A DNA stretch of 62,054 nucleotides from Candidatus Limnocylindria bacterium (GCA_036276035.1 DASUCM010000105.1:1-62054), one strand, 5' to 3'; counted from the stretch's first letter, positions 35,933 through 44,100 are shown. Translations and numbers: made by a program. Notes: generated by a model not told the origin, from the letters alone.

Positions 35933-36912
35933 TCGAGGACCGCGGCGCCCCAGGTGAACCCGCCGCCGAAGGCGACGAGGAGCACCTTCTGCCCGCGCCG
36001 GAGCAGGCCGTCGTTCGCGGCCTCGGCGATCGCGATCGGGATGGACGCGGCGGAGGTGTTCCCGTACTTCTCGAGGTTCACGAAGACCTTGGACATCGGG
36101 ATGTCGAGGCGCTTCGCGACGCCCTCGATGATCCGCCTGTTCGCCTGGTGCGGGATGACGATGTCGATGTCCCTCAGCTCGAGGCCCGCGTCGGCGATCG
36201 CTTCCTCGGCGGCGTCGGCCATCGACTTCACGGCCATCTTGAAGACCTCACCGCCCTGCATCCGGATGAAGTGGTGACCCTTGTCGACGGTGTCGTGCGT
36301 CGCGGGGACGCGCGAGCCGCCGCCCTTCACGTACAGGAGCTCCCCCTTCGCCCCGTCCGAATGGAGCACGGTGGACTCGATGCCGACGGATGCGTTCGAG
36401 GCCTCCAGCACGACGGCTCCCGCGCCGTCGCCGAAGACGACGCAGGTCGTGCGGTCTGTCATGTCGAGCAGGCGCGAGAGCGTTTCGGCGCCGATGACGA
36501 GCGCATTCTTCACCGAGCCGGCGATGATCATCCCGTTCGCGATGGCGAGCGCCGAGACGAAGGAGGTGCAGGCGGCCTCGACGTCGAACGCGCCGGCGCG
36601 CTCCGCGCCGAGCGCCGTCTGGACCAGGCAGGCCGTGGCCGGGAAGAGGTAGTCCGGCGAGCAGGTGCCGACGATGATCAGCTCCACCTCGGAGGGGCGC
36701 ATCCGCGCGCGCTCGAGCGCGATCTTCGCCGCGCGGGTGGACATCGTCGCGGTGCCCTCGCCGTCGGCGGCCCAGCGGCGCTCCTTGATCCCGGTGCGCT
36801 CGGTGATCCACTGGTCGGAGGTCTCGACCATCTTCTCGAGGTCGAAGTTCGTGACGACCCGCGACGGCGCGTAGGAGCCCCACCCGGTCACGACCGCGTT
36901 CTGCTTGGCCAC
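35833..36912 (-). CDS. fabH: beta-ketoacyl-ACP synthase III
   Basis: SDQWITERTGIKERR, the catalytic Cys (EAACTSF), HQAN and GNTSAASIP, plus a ~30-aa C-terminal extension. Confidence 0.9.
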   Translation of the reverse strand: MAKQNAVVTGWGSYAPSRVVTNFDLEKMVETSDQWITERTGIKERRWAADGEGTATMSTRAAKIALERARMRPSEVELIIVGTCSPDYLFPATACLVQTALGAERAGAFDVEAACTSFVSALAIANGMIIAGSVKNALVIGAETLSRLLDMTDRTTCVVFGDGAGAVVLEASNASVGIESTVLHSDGAKGELLYVKGGGSRVPATHDTVDKGHHFIRMQGGEVFKMAVKSMADAAEEAIADAGLELRDIDIVIPHQANRRIIEGVAKRLDIPMSKVFVNLEKYGNTSAASIPIAIAEAANDGLLRRGQKVLLVAFGGGFTWGAAVLEWWGSPLPEQREPGMRERAARVLEDVVDRVRPT

Positions 36913-36913
36913 G

Positions 36914-37279
36914 CTAGCTCTGGTCCGTTGTCCGCTCCGTCGTCTTCGGGCGCGCGCCGCGCGCCGGCACCGCGAGGAGGTCGTCGAGCGCGCCCTCGTA
37001 GGTGCGCAGGAACTCGTGCGCGTCGAGCACCTCGTCGAGCGTCACAGGCGCCTTGCGGCGAGCCGCGCTCGGGTGGTCCTTCTTCGTCGCGACCGCCTTC
37101 GACTCGTCGACGACGACGAGGAGGCGGAACTCGGTCTGGCACGAGTGGCAGATGACCCGGACGATCCAGGCGAGCTCGACCCGCCCGACGAGCTTGATCT
37201 CCGAGCGCGCGTGGTTGGCGCCGCAGACGGTGCACTCGTACTGCTTCGCCTCCTCGCGCAGGTACCGGAGGATGTTCAT
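36914..37279 (-). CDS. small zinc-ribbon protein (CxxC...CxxC), unknown function
   Basis: ATG 37279 overlaps the upstream TGA (ATGA). The product is MNILRYLREEAKQYECTVCGANH...VICHSCQTEF. The longer track ORF upstream is filler overlapping the peptidase gene. Confidence 0.6.
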   Translation of the reverse strand: MNILRYLREEAKQYECTVCGANHARSEIKLVGRVELAWIVRVICHSCQTEFRLLVVVDESKAVATKKDHPSAARRKAPVTLDEVLDAHEFLRTYEGALDDLLAVPARGARPKTTERTTDQS

Positions 37280-39348
37280 GCTCCGACTGTACCTCCAAGG
37301 CGCCAGCCGAGGAACGACCAGATGTCCGCCAGATCGTCCACCTGCTTCGACAGCGGCTTGCCGACGCCGTGGCCGGCGTCGCGGTCGACGCGCAGGAGCA
37401 CGAGCTCCGCGCCCGGATGCGCCTGGAGCAGCGCGGCCATCTTCCGCGCGTGCATCGGGTCGACGCGGCTGTCGCCTTCGGCGGTCGTGAACAGCACCGC
37501 CGGGTAGCGCTCCCCTTCGCGCACGTTGTGGTACGGCGAGTACGCGCGCAGCCAGCGGTACTGCACGGGGTCCTCGGAGGAGCCGTACTCGGCGATCCAG
37601 AAGCGCGCGATGAGGAGGTGCTGGTACCGCAGCATGTCGAGGAGCGGGACGGTGCAGACGATCGCGCCGTAGAGGTCGGGGCGCTGCGTGATGGCCGCGC
37701 CCATGAGCAGGCCGCCGTTCGAGCCGCCGAACGCGCCGACCCGCCCGCGCCGCGTCCAGCCCACGGCGGCGAGGTGCTCGGCTCCCGCGTGCAGGTCGTC
37801 GAACACGTTCTGCTTGTTCGCGAGCATGCCCGCGCGGTGCCACCGCTCGCCGAACTCGCTGCCGCCGCGCAGGTTCGCGAGCGCGTAGACGCCGCCGCGC
37901 TCCGCCCAGAGGATCGCCCCGGCCGTGTACGTCGGGACGCGCGCCACGTTGAAGCCGCCGTAGCCGGTGAGGACCGTCGGGACGTCGCCGGTCGGCGCGA
38001 CATCCGCCCGGTGCACCAGGAACATCGGGATCGCCGTCCCGTCCTTCGAGCGGTACGTCGTCTGATCCACGACGACGGGCGCGCGGAGCGCGGGCTGCGC
38101 CGTTGCCACGAGAGGCGTCGTGCGGCCGGAGGCCGTGTCGAGCGCGTACGCGCGCGGGGAGAGCGCGAACGACTGGAAGGCGAAGCACGCGAGCTCGCTC
38201 TCGGCGTCGGCGGAGATCCCGGATCCCGGGACGCTCGGGGTCACCGCCCCCAGCGCAGGCAGCTCGATCTCGCGCTCGTGCTGCCCGTCACGCCGCCACA
38301 GCGCGAGGCGCGACGTCGCGCGCTCGAGCCGGTGGACAAGGATGCGGTCCCTCGTGAGGTCGAACTCCTCGATGGAGTGGTCGCCCTCGGGGATGACGTC
38401 GCGCCACTCGCGCGGGCGGTCGAACTGCGCGTGGACGATCCGGTAGTTCGGGGCGCCAAGGTTCGTGCGGATCCAGATGCCGTCGCGATCGAGCTGGCCG
38501 CTCGAGAGCCCGTCCTCGCCCTCGACGACGACAGCGAGCCCGCGCTCAGGATGCTCGCGGTCGAGGAGGTACAGGTCGTTCGTCACCCAGCCGCGGAACG
38601 CGCTGAGCAGGACCCAGCGCCCGTCCGGCGAGGTCTGGACGCCGACGATGTCCTCCTTCGCGCGACCCTCGCCGAAGACGATCGGGTCGGCCCTTCCGCC
38701 CGGCGGGGCCTCGCTCAGCTCGTGGTACCGGACGCGGCGGTGGTAGTGCTCGTCGCCCGGCGGGACGGTGCCCGGCTCCGGGTGGGCGACGTAGTAGAAC
38801 CCCTCGCCGGCCCACGCGACCTGCGAGCGCTGGGTGTGCGGGATGGCGATGCCGAGGTCCCGGCCGCTCGCGACGTCGCGCACGTGCAGGGTCGACATCT
38901 CGGTGCCGCCGCGCGACAGCCCGATCGCGACGAGGCGCCCATCCGGCGACGGGTAGTACCAGTCGATCGTGAGGAGGCCGCTGCGATCGAGCTCGTTCGG
39001 GTCGACGAGCGGACGGTCCGCCCCTCCGACGCCGTCGCGGACGTAGAGGACCGCCTGCGCCTGCGCGCCCTCCCGCCGCAGGTGGAAGATCCGTCCCGCG
39101 ACCGGCCGCGGGGTCCCGAGCAGCCCGACGGACAGCAGCTCGCGAAGGCGCGACGCGATCGCCTTGCGCTCGGGGAGCGCGTCGAGGACCGCGCGCGTCC
39201 GCGCGTTCTGTGCGTCCGTCCACTCCGCGACGCGCGGGCTCTGCGCATCCTCGAGCCAGCGGTACGGGTCGGTGACCGTGTCCCCGAAGTAGGTGTCCGC
39301 GACATCCTCGCGCGGCGTCGCGGGCACCGGTGGGATGGCTGGGTCCAC
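37276..39348 (-). CDS. prolyl oligopeptidase (S9A family)
   Basis: N-terminal DPYRWLED, a beta-propeller region, and the catalytic GGSNGGLL with D and H downstream (DRDAGHG). Confidence 0.9.
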   Translation of the reverse strand: MDPAIPPVPATPREDVADTYFGDTVTDPYRWLEDAQSPRVAEWTDAQNARTRAVLDALPERKAIASRLRELLSVGLLGTPRPVAGRIFHLRREGAQAQAVLYVRDGVGGADRPLVDPNELDRSGLLTIDWYYPSPDGRLVAIGLSRGGTEMSTLHVRDVASGRDLGIAIPHTQRSQVAWAGEGFYYVAHPEPGTVPPGDEHYHRRVRYHELSEAPPGGRADPIVFGEGRAKEDIVGVQTSPDGRWVLLSAFRGWVTNDLYLLDREHPERGLAVVVEGEDGLSSGQLDRDGIWIRTNLGAPNYRIVHAQFDRPREWRDVIPEGDHSIEEFDLTRDRILVHRLERATSRLALWRRDGQHEREIELPALGAVTPSVPGSGISADAESELACFAFQSFALSPRAYALDTASGRTTPLVATAQPALRAPVVVDQTTYRSKDGTAIPMFLVHRADVAPTGDVPTVLTGYGGFNVARVPTYTAGAILWAERGGVYALANLRGGSEFGERWHRAGMLANKQNVFDDLHAGAEHLAAVGWTRRGRVGAFGGSNGGLLMGAAITQRPDLYGAIVCTVPLLDMLRYQHLLIARFWIAEYGSSEDPVQYRWLRAYSPYHNVREGERYPAVLFTTAEGDSRVDPMHARKMAALLQAHPGAELVLLRVDRDAGHGVGKPLSKQVDDLADIWSFLGWRLGGTVGA

Positions 39349-39365
39349 GCGCCGACTCTAGACGG

Positions 39366-40259
39366 CTACCCGCTCCGCTTCAGGCGGCCGGTCCGCTTCG
39401 CGTACCGCTCGGCCGAGATGAACAGCCGGAGGCCGATGGGGATCGAGAGCGCGCCGATGAGCAGCGCGGGCCAGACGAGCGGCCACAGCGTGACGAGGTC
39501 GGCCCCGTCGAGGAGCGCCTGGCGCATCCCTTCGATGACGTACGTGGCCGGCGAGATGACCGAGAGCGCCTGGAGCCAGCCGGGAAGGACCGTCGTCGGG
39601 TAGTAGACGCCCGACACGAGGAGCACGACGGCCTGGACGATGTAGGCCATCTGGAGCCCCTTCTCGGTCCAGATGAGCGGGAAGCAGGCCGAGGCGATGC
39701 CGAGACCGATGAACGCCATCGTGCCGACGCCGAGCAGCGCGACCGCCGAGAGGGCGTTCGCGCGGGAGAGGTCCACGTCGATGAAGAGCACGACCGCGAA
39801 GAGCACGAGGATGCTGATGACCGCTGCGCGGAGGATCGTGCCGATCGACATGCCGATGAGGTGCGTGAGCCGCGGCACCGGCGCCATGAACGTGTACTCG
39901 ATGGTGCCCTCCCACTTCTCCCAGGCGATGATCTCGGCGATGTCCTCGAAGACGATGCCGAGGAAGCGCCAGGCGATCGTGCCGACGAGCAGGTAGAGGA
40001 CGAAGCGCGACGTCGTCGCCGGATCCACCTGCTCGCCGGTGATCGCCGGTGCCGCGAGACCGATGTACGCGACGGAGAGGGACGTCGTGATCGAGTAGAT
40101 GATCCAGACGACCTCCCAGAGCCAGTAGCGCTTCATCAGCGCGACCGTCCGCTCGACGAACGCGTACGCGAGCTTCGGCTGCTGCGTGAACGTCGAGAGC
40201 CTTTGACTGGGGCTCGGACCGGGCCGGCGAAGCCGGGCCGGTCCGGACGTCTTGATCAC
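39366..40259 (-). CDS. ABC-2 type transporter permease
   Basis: Six hydrophobic segments. The GTGA overlap with the upstream ATPase stop is present. Confidence 0.85.
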   Translation of the reverse strand: MIKTSGPARLRRPGPSPSQRLSTFTQQPKLAYAFVERTVALMKRYWLWEVVWIIYSITTSLSVAYIGLAAPAITGEQVDPATTSRFVLYLLVGTIAWRFLGIVFEDIAEIIAWEKWEGTIEYTFMAPVPRLTHLIGMSIGTILRAAVISILVLFAVVLFIDVDLSRANALSAVALLGVGTMAFIGLGIASACFPLIWTEKGLQMAYIVQAVVLLVSGVYYPTTVLPGWLQALSVISPATYVIEGMRQALLDGADLVTLWPLVWPALLIGALSIPIGLRLFISAERYAKRTGRLKRSG

Positions 40260-41068
40260 TCTGCGTCATCCACGATGCTGCGGCCCGTCACCGTCATGAA
40301 GACCGACTCGAGGTCGCCGCCGAACCGCTCGCGCAGCTCGTCCGACGTGCCCTCGGCCACCAGGCGCCCGCCGTGGATGATGCCGATGCGGTCCGCGAGC
40401 CGCTCCGCCTCGTCGAGGTCGTGCGTGGTCAGGAGGATGCTCGCGTCGTGCTCGTCCCGAAGGTCGCGCACGAACGTCTGCACCTCCCGCTTGCTCCGGA
40501 TGTCGAGCCCGGTCGTCGGCTCGTCGAGCAGCAGGAGCATGGGCGTCGAGAGGAACGCGCGCGCGATAGACACCTTCTGCTGCATGCCGCGCGACAGCTT
40601 CTCGAGCGGCTCGTCGAAGCGTGCCGAGGGGATCCCGAGGCGGCGGAGGATCGTCGATGCGGTCGCGCGCGACGCTCTCGCGTCGACGCCGTACAACCGT
40701 CCCGCGTAGACGAGGTTCTCCATCGCCGAGAGCTTCTTGAAGAAGGACGCCTCGACCGAGACGCGGTTGATGAGCCGCTTCACCGTGAGCTCCTCGAGCC
40801 CGACGTCGTGGCCGAAGACGCGGACCTCGCCCGCGTCGGCCTCGAGCAGCGTCGAGAAGAGCCGGATGAGCGTCGACTTGCCGGAGCCGTTCGCGCCGAG
40901 CAGCCCGTAGATCTCGCCCCGGCGTACCGAGAGCGAGACGTCGTCGACGGCACGGATCTGCTTGCCGTTCCGCGAGCCGCGGAACGACTTGCTGACCCGC
41001 TGGGCGAGCAGGGCGGACCCGGCCACCCGGGCCGGGGATCGTGGCGCGTCGCGTGTCGCGAGAGCCAT
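40256..41068 (-). CDS. ABC transporter ATP-binding protein
   Basis: Walker A GANGSGKST, signature LSRGMQQKV and Walker B LLLLDEPT. In-frame ATG 41068 has AGGGAA upstream. The track start at 41146 lies inside the terminator hairpin. Confidence 0.9.
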   Translation of the reverse strand: MALATRDAPRSPARVAGSALLAQRVSKSFRGSRNGKQIRAVDDVSLSVRRGEIYGLLGANGSGKSTLIRLFSTLLEADAGEVRVFGHDVGLEELTVKRLINRVSVEASFFKKLSAMENLVYAGRLYGVDARASRATASTILRRLGIPSARFDEPLEKLSRGMQQKVSIARAFLSTPMLLLLDEPTTGLDIRSKREVQTFVRDLRDEHDASILLTTHDLDEAERLADRIGIIHGGRLVAEGTSDELRERFGGDLESVFMTVTGRSIVDDAE

Positions 41069-41114
41069 CGCTCGTTCCCTTTCGAGTCCTGTGCCCACGT
41101 CGCCGTCATCGGCG

Positions 41115-41150
41115 AAACAAAAAGACCGTGGGCCCTTGCTGCCCACGGTC
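41115..41150 (-). terminator. canonical intrinsic terminator (gaccgtgggc-agcaagg-gcccacggtc followed by TTTTTGTTT)
   Basis: Perfect 10-bp stem (41124..41133 with 41141..41150), 7-nt loop and a U tract at 41123..41115 on the minus strand, only ~50 nt upstream of the ABC start codon. Confidence 0.75.
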
Positions 41151-41300
41151 CGGAGGTGCTCGCTGAGCCTGGCTTAGGCCCTAATGGCTCCGGAAAGTGG
41201 GCAGGCTGATCCGAGGATCGACCTCGGTGCGCGGTGCGAAGAGGGTCAACACCAGCTGCGCCACTTCCTTTCGTGATCTCGTCCGCGCGCGTGCGGGACC
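41115..41300 (-). ncRNA. candidate structured 5' leader / riboswitch-like element ahead of the ABC-2 exporter operon
   Basis: Long-range helix aagtggcgcagctgg (41266..41252) with cagcctgcccactt (41210..41195). An internal hairpin ccgagg-tcgat-cctcgg is present. CUGCCCAC can alternatively pair with GUGGGCAG of the terminator 5' arm. Confidence 0.45.
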
Positions 41301-41305
41301 GGCGC

Positions 41306-41335
41306 ACGCTAGCAGGCGGACGCTCGCTCCGTCAA
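41306..41335 (-). promoter_or_regulatory. candidate promoter for the leader (TTGACG-18 nt-TAGCGT)
   Basis: Hexamers read on the minus strand just downstream of the Cys-rich ORF stop. Confidence 0.3.
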
Positions 41336-41363
41336 TGGTGAAGAGATCGCGGCGGCCGGGCCG

Positions 41364-41513
41364 CTAGCAGCAGCACGGTCCGCCGCGCGCGCAGCCCTCG
41401 CAGCAGTAGTCCCGGCCGCCCACGATCACGCGCTCCGCACGGATCGTGATGCGGCAGTTCGCGCAGCGGAGCGGCGGCTGCGCCGCGCCCATCTCGCCGA
41501 CCTGCGTCGTCAT
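41364..41513 (-). CDS. 49-aa Cys-rich protein, TRASH/YHS-like metal-binding pattern
   Basis: MTTQVGEMGAAQPPLRCANCRITIRAERVIVGGRDYCCEGCARGGPCCC. 47 of 49 codons end in G/C and there are 8 Cys. It is not in the ORF track (too short). The listed 41332..41568 ORF in another frame looks spurious. Confidence 0.6.
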   Translation of the reverse strand: MTTQVGEMGAAQPPLRCANCRITIRAERVIVGGRDYCCEGCARGGPCCC

Positions 41514-41538
41514 CGCTCCCGACCGTAGGACGCCGATG

Positions 41539-41570
41539 GTCAACGGCGCGTCGACGGAAGGTCAACATTC
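41539..41570 (-). promoter_or_regulatory. triple direct repeat GAAT-GTTGAC-N5-GTCGAC-N5-GTTGAC (11-nt period), candidate response-regulator operator
   Basis: On the plus strand, gtcaac occurs at 41539, gtcgac at 41550 and gtcaac at 41561. It lies 25-55 nt upstream of the Cys-rich ORF start. It is almost identical to 44101..44132. Confidence 0.5.
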
Positions 41571-41572
41571 GG

Positions 41573-42268
41573 TCACTCCGGCGCCGGGAACTGATACCCC
41601 ACCCCCCGCACGGTGAGGATGTAGCGCGGGGACTGCGGATCGGCCTCGAGCTTGTTCCGCAGCCGGCCCACGTACACCTTCAGGTAGTGCGACTCGTTCC
41701 GGTACTCGGCGCCCCAGACCTTCGCGAGGAGCGTCTCGTGCGGCATCACGCGGCCGGCGTTCGTGGCGAGGTGGTACAGGAGGTTGTACTCGATCGGCGT
41801 CAGCGCGACGTGGCGGCCGCGCACGCTCACGCGCCGCTGTGCGTAGTCGATCTGGAGATCGCCGTGCGTGAGCACGTTCGCCCGGCGCTGGGCGGTCGCC
41901 GAACGGTAGCGCCGGAGCACGGCCTCGATGCGGGCCATGAGCTCCTTGTGGCTGAACGGCTTCGTGATGTAGTCGTCCGCGCCGAGCTCCAGCCCGCGCA
42001 CCTTGTCAGCCTCGAGGTCGCGCGCGGTGATGACGATGATCGGCAGCTCCATCCCCGACGACCGCAGCTCCTCGAGGATGCTGAAGCCGTCGCGTCCCGG
42101 CATCGCGAGGTCGAGCAGGAGCAGGTCGGGCCGCTCGTCCTCCACCCGCGCGATCGCCTCGAGCGCGTTCGTGCACTCCACCACCACGTGGTCGGGCCGG
42201 TGGAACGTGATGCCCATCGCCGTCAGGGCGGCGACATCGGGCTCGTCGTCGACGATGAGGATCTTCAT
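41573..42268 (-). CDS. OmpR/KdpE-like response regulator
   Basis: MKILIVDDEPD, DLLLLDLAMPGRDG and DDYITKPF, with a winged helix (LTVRGVGYQF). Confidence 0.92.
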   Translation of the reverse strand: MKILIVDDEPDVAALTAMGITFHRPDHVVVECTNALEAIARVEDERPDLLLLDLAMPGRDGFSILEELRSSGMELPIIVITARDLEADKVRGLELGADDYITKPFSHKELMARIEAVLRRYRSATAQRRANVLTHGDLQIDYAQRRVSVRGRHVALTPIEYNLLYHLATNAGRVMPHETLLAKVWGAEYRNESHYLKVYVGRLRNKLEADPQSPRYILTVRGVGYQFPAPE

Positions 42269-44046
42269 CCGACCGCTCCGGCGGCGGCCGGGACGGGCTC
42301 GTGCGGAAGCGCCACGACGAAGCGCGCGCCGCGCGGGCCATCCTCGACCCGGATGCGCCCGCCGTGCAGGCCGACGAGGTCCTTCGCGATCGCGAGCCCG
42401 AGGCCCGTGCCGCCGGCGACATCGCGGTCGCGCCGCAGGCGGACGAACTTGTCGAACACACGCTCGCGCTCGTCAGCCGGGATCCCGGGGCCCTCGTCGG
42501 CGACGGCGAGCTCGACCACGTCCCCGGCGCGCGCCGCGCTGAGCTCGATCGCCGCACCGTCCGGCGAGTAGCGGATCGCGTTCGACACGAGGTTCGCGAG
42601 CACCTGCAGCATGCGGCGCCGGTCGACGTAGACGGGTGGCGCCGAGGATGGCGCGATCACGATGCGCTGCCCGCGCGCGCCGGCGAGCGCCTCGTGCGCC
42701 GCCGCCGTCTCGGCGAGCAGCGCGTCGCACGGGATGAACTCGCGGTCGAGCTCGACCTTCGCCTCCTGCAGCTGCGCGATCTCGAGCAGCTCGCCGACGC
42801 TCCTGGTCAGGCGCTGGGCGTGACGTTCGGCCTGCGCGATGAGCGTCCGCGCCTGGTCCGTCATCGATCCGGCCTGGCGGCCAAGGAGCTCGAGCGCGCC
42901 GGAGACGACCGTGAGCGGCGTGCGGAGCTCGTGGCTGACCGCGGCGAGGAACTCGTCCTTCAGGCGGTCGATCTCGCGGAGCGCCTGGGCCTCGCTCGCC
43001 TGCGCGAAGAGCCGCTGGTTCTCGAGGGTCTGCGCGATGAGCGCGGCGACGGCGCCGGAGAGGCGGAGGTCGTCGTCGGTGAACCGGTCGGGCAGCGCGC
43101 GAGAGAGGGTGAACACCGCGATCGCGCGCCCGCCGACGCGGAGCGGCACGAGGATGACCGAGCGGGCGGGCTCGCCGGGCCGCGGCTCGTAGCGCGGGTC
43201 CTCCAGGACGTTCGGCACGAGGATCGGGCGCTCCTCGGCGAGCGCCGCCGCGACGAGGCCGTGCCCGAGCGGAGCCCGCGGCGGGAGAACGTCGTCATCG
43301 CCCGACGCGAGGCGGTGGAGCACCCGGTACTCATCGCGCGCCTCGTCCGCGACGAAGACCGTCGCGCGGTCGAACAGGAGGACCGCCCGCGCCGCATGCA
43401 GGACACGCGGGATGACCTCGTCCGGCGCCGCGACGGTGGCGACGACCTTGGTCGCGACGGCGAGCGCGGCGTCCTCGGCGATGCGGCGCTCGAGCCGGGC
43501 GATGAGGTCCTCGCGCTCGGTGCGGAGCTGGCGCGAGTCGCGCATGACGCGGTCCACGAGCACGGCGGTGAGCGCGTAGACGGACAGCGTGAAGAGGACG
43601 CGCTCCGGCTCGAAGGCGTAGCCGAAGGCCCGGTCGCGAAAGATGACGGTCGCCGTGTAGACCGTGCCGAGCGAAAGGGAGGCGGCGAGGGTGCCGCCCG
43701 TGCCGAAGCGGAACGCGCCGGTCGTGATGACGAGGGGCCCGAGCATGAAGGTGGTCCAGCCCGGATCGGCCGAGAAGAGCACCATCGCCGCGGCCAGCGC
43801 CGCGATGTCGCCCGCGAACGCCGCCCGCGCGACCGTCGCGTGCGCCGCGCGCGAGGCGGCGCGCCGCGAGGCTGCGAGCGCCGCGACGTTATAGAGGACG
43901 ATCCCCGCACCGAGGGCGTAGACGCCCTGCACCGAGAGCGTGGGGAACAGGGGGCCGAGGAGCAGCGCGATCGCCGCGGCGCCCCAGCGCACGCGACCGA
44001 TGGCTCGCTCGACCCGCTGGGCCTCGAGCAGGAGACGGTCGGTCAT
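42265..44046 (-). CDS. sensor histidine kinase with membrane-spanning N-terminus and GAF domain
   Basis: In-frame ATG 44046 (MTDRLLLE), ~5 TM helices, a GAF-like segment, the H-box VSHELRTPLT, and GTGLGLAIAKDLV. The ATGA overlap with the response regulator start is present. Confidence 0.9.
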   Translation of the reverse strand: MTDRLLLEAQRVERAIGRVRWGAAAIALLLGPLFPTLSVQGVYALGAGIVLYNVAALAASRRAASRAAHATVARAAFAGDIAALAAAMVLFSADPGWTTFMLGPLVITTGAFRFGTGGTLAASLSLGTVYTATVIFRDRAFGYAFEPERVLFTLSVYALTAVLVDRVMRDSRQLRTEREDLIARLERRIAEDAALAVATKVVATVAAPDEVIPRVLHAARAVLLFDRATVFVADEARDEYRVLHRLASGDDDVLPPRAPLGHGLVAAALAEERPILVPNVLEDPRYEPRPGEPARSVILVPLRVGGRAIAVFTLSRALPDRFTDDDLRLSGAVAALIAQTLENQRLFAQASEAQALREIDRLKDEFLAAVSHELRTPLTVVSGALELLGRQAGSMTDQARTLIAQAERHAQRLTRSVGELLEIAQLQEAKVELDREFIPCDALLAETAAAHEALAGARGQRIVIAPSSAPPVYVDRRRMLQVLANLVSNAIRYSPDGAAIELSAARAGDVVELAVADEGPGIPADERERVFDKFVRLRRDRDVAGGTGLGLAIAKDLVGLHGGRIRVEDGPRGARFVVALPHEPVPAAAGAVG

Positions 44047-44100
44047 GCGGTGGGCAGAGCCTAGCGGGCCGCGGTGACAGGGCGCATGCGCCCGTTGCCC

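Noticed and set aside
41115-41300. Assigning the leader to a named riboswitch class (cobalamin, guanidine-I/III, c-di-GMP-I, NiCo, ZTP, fluoride) or to SRP/6S RNA.
   Set aside because: I found none of the diagnostic conserved blocks I can recall for these classes. Only a covariance-model search can name it, so it is reported as unclassified.
41332-41568. 78-aa track ORF between the response regulator and the ABC leader.
   Set aside because: It has an Arg-rich composition and low GC3. The 49-aa Cys-rich ORF in another frame (41364..41513) has far better coding statistics, and the ORF's 5' end is the GTTGAC operator.
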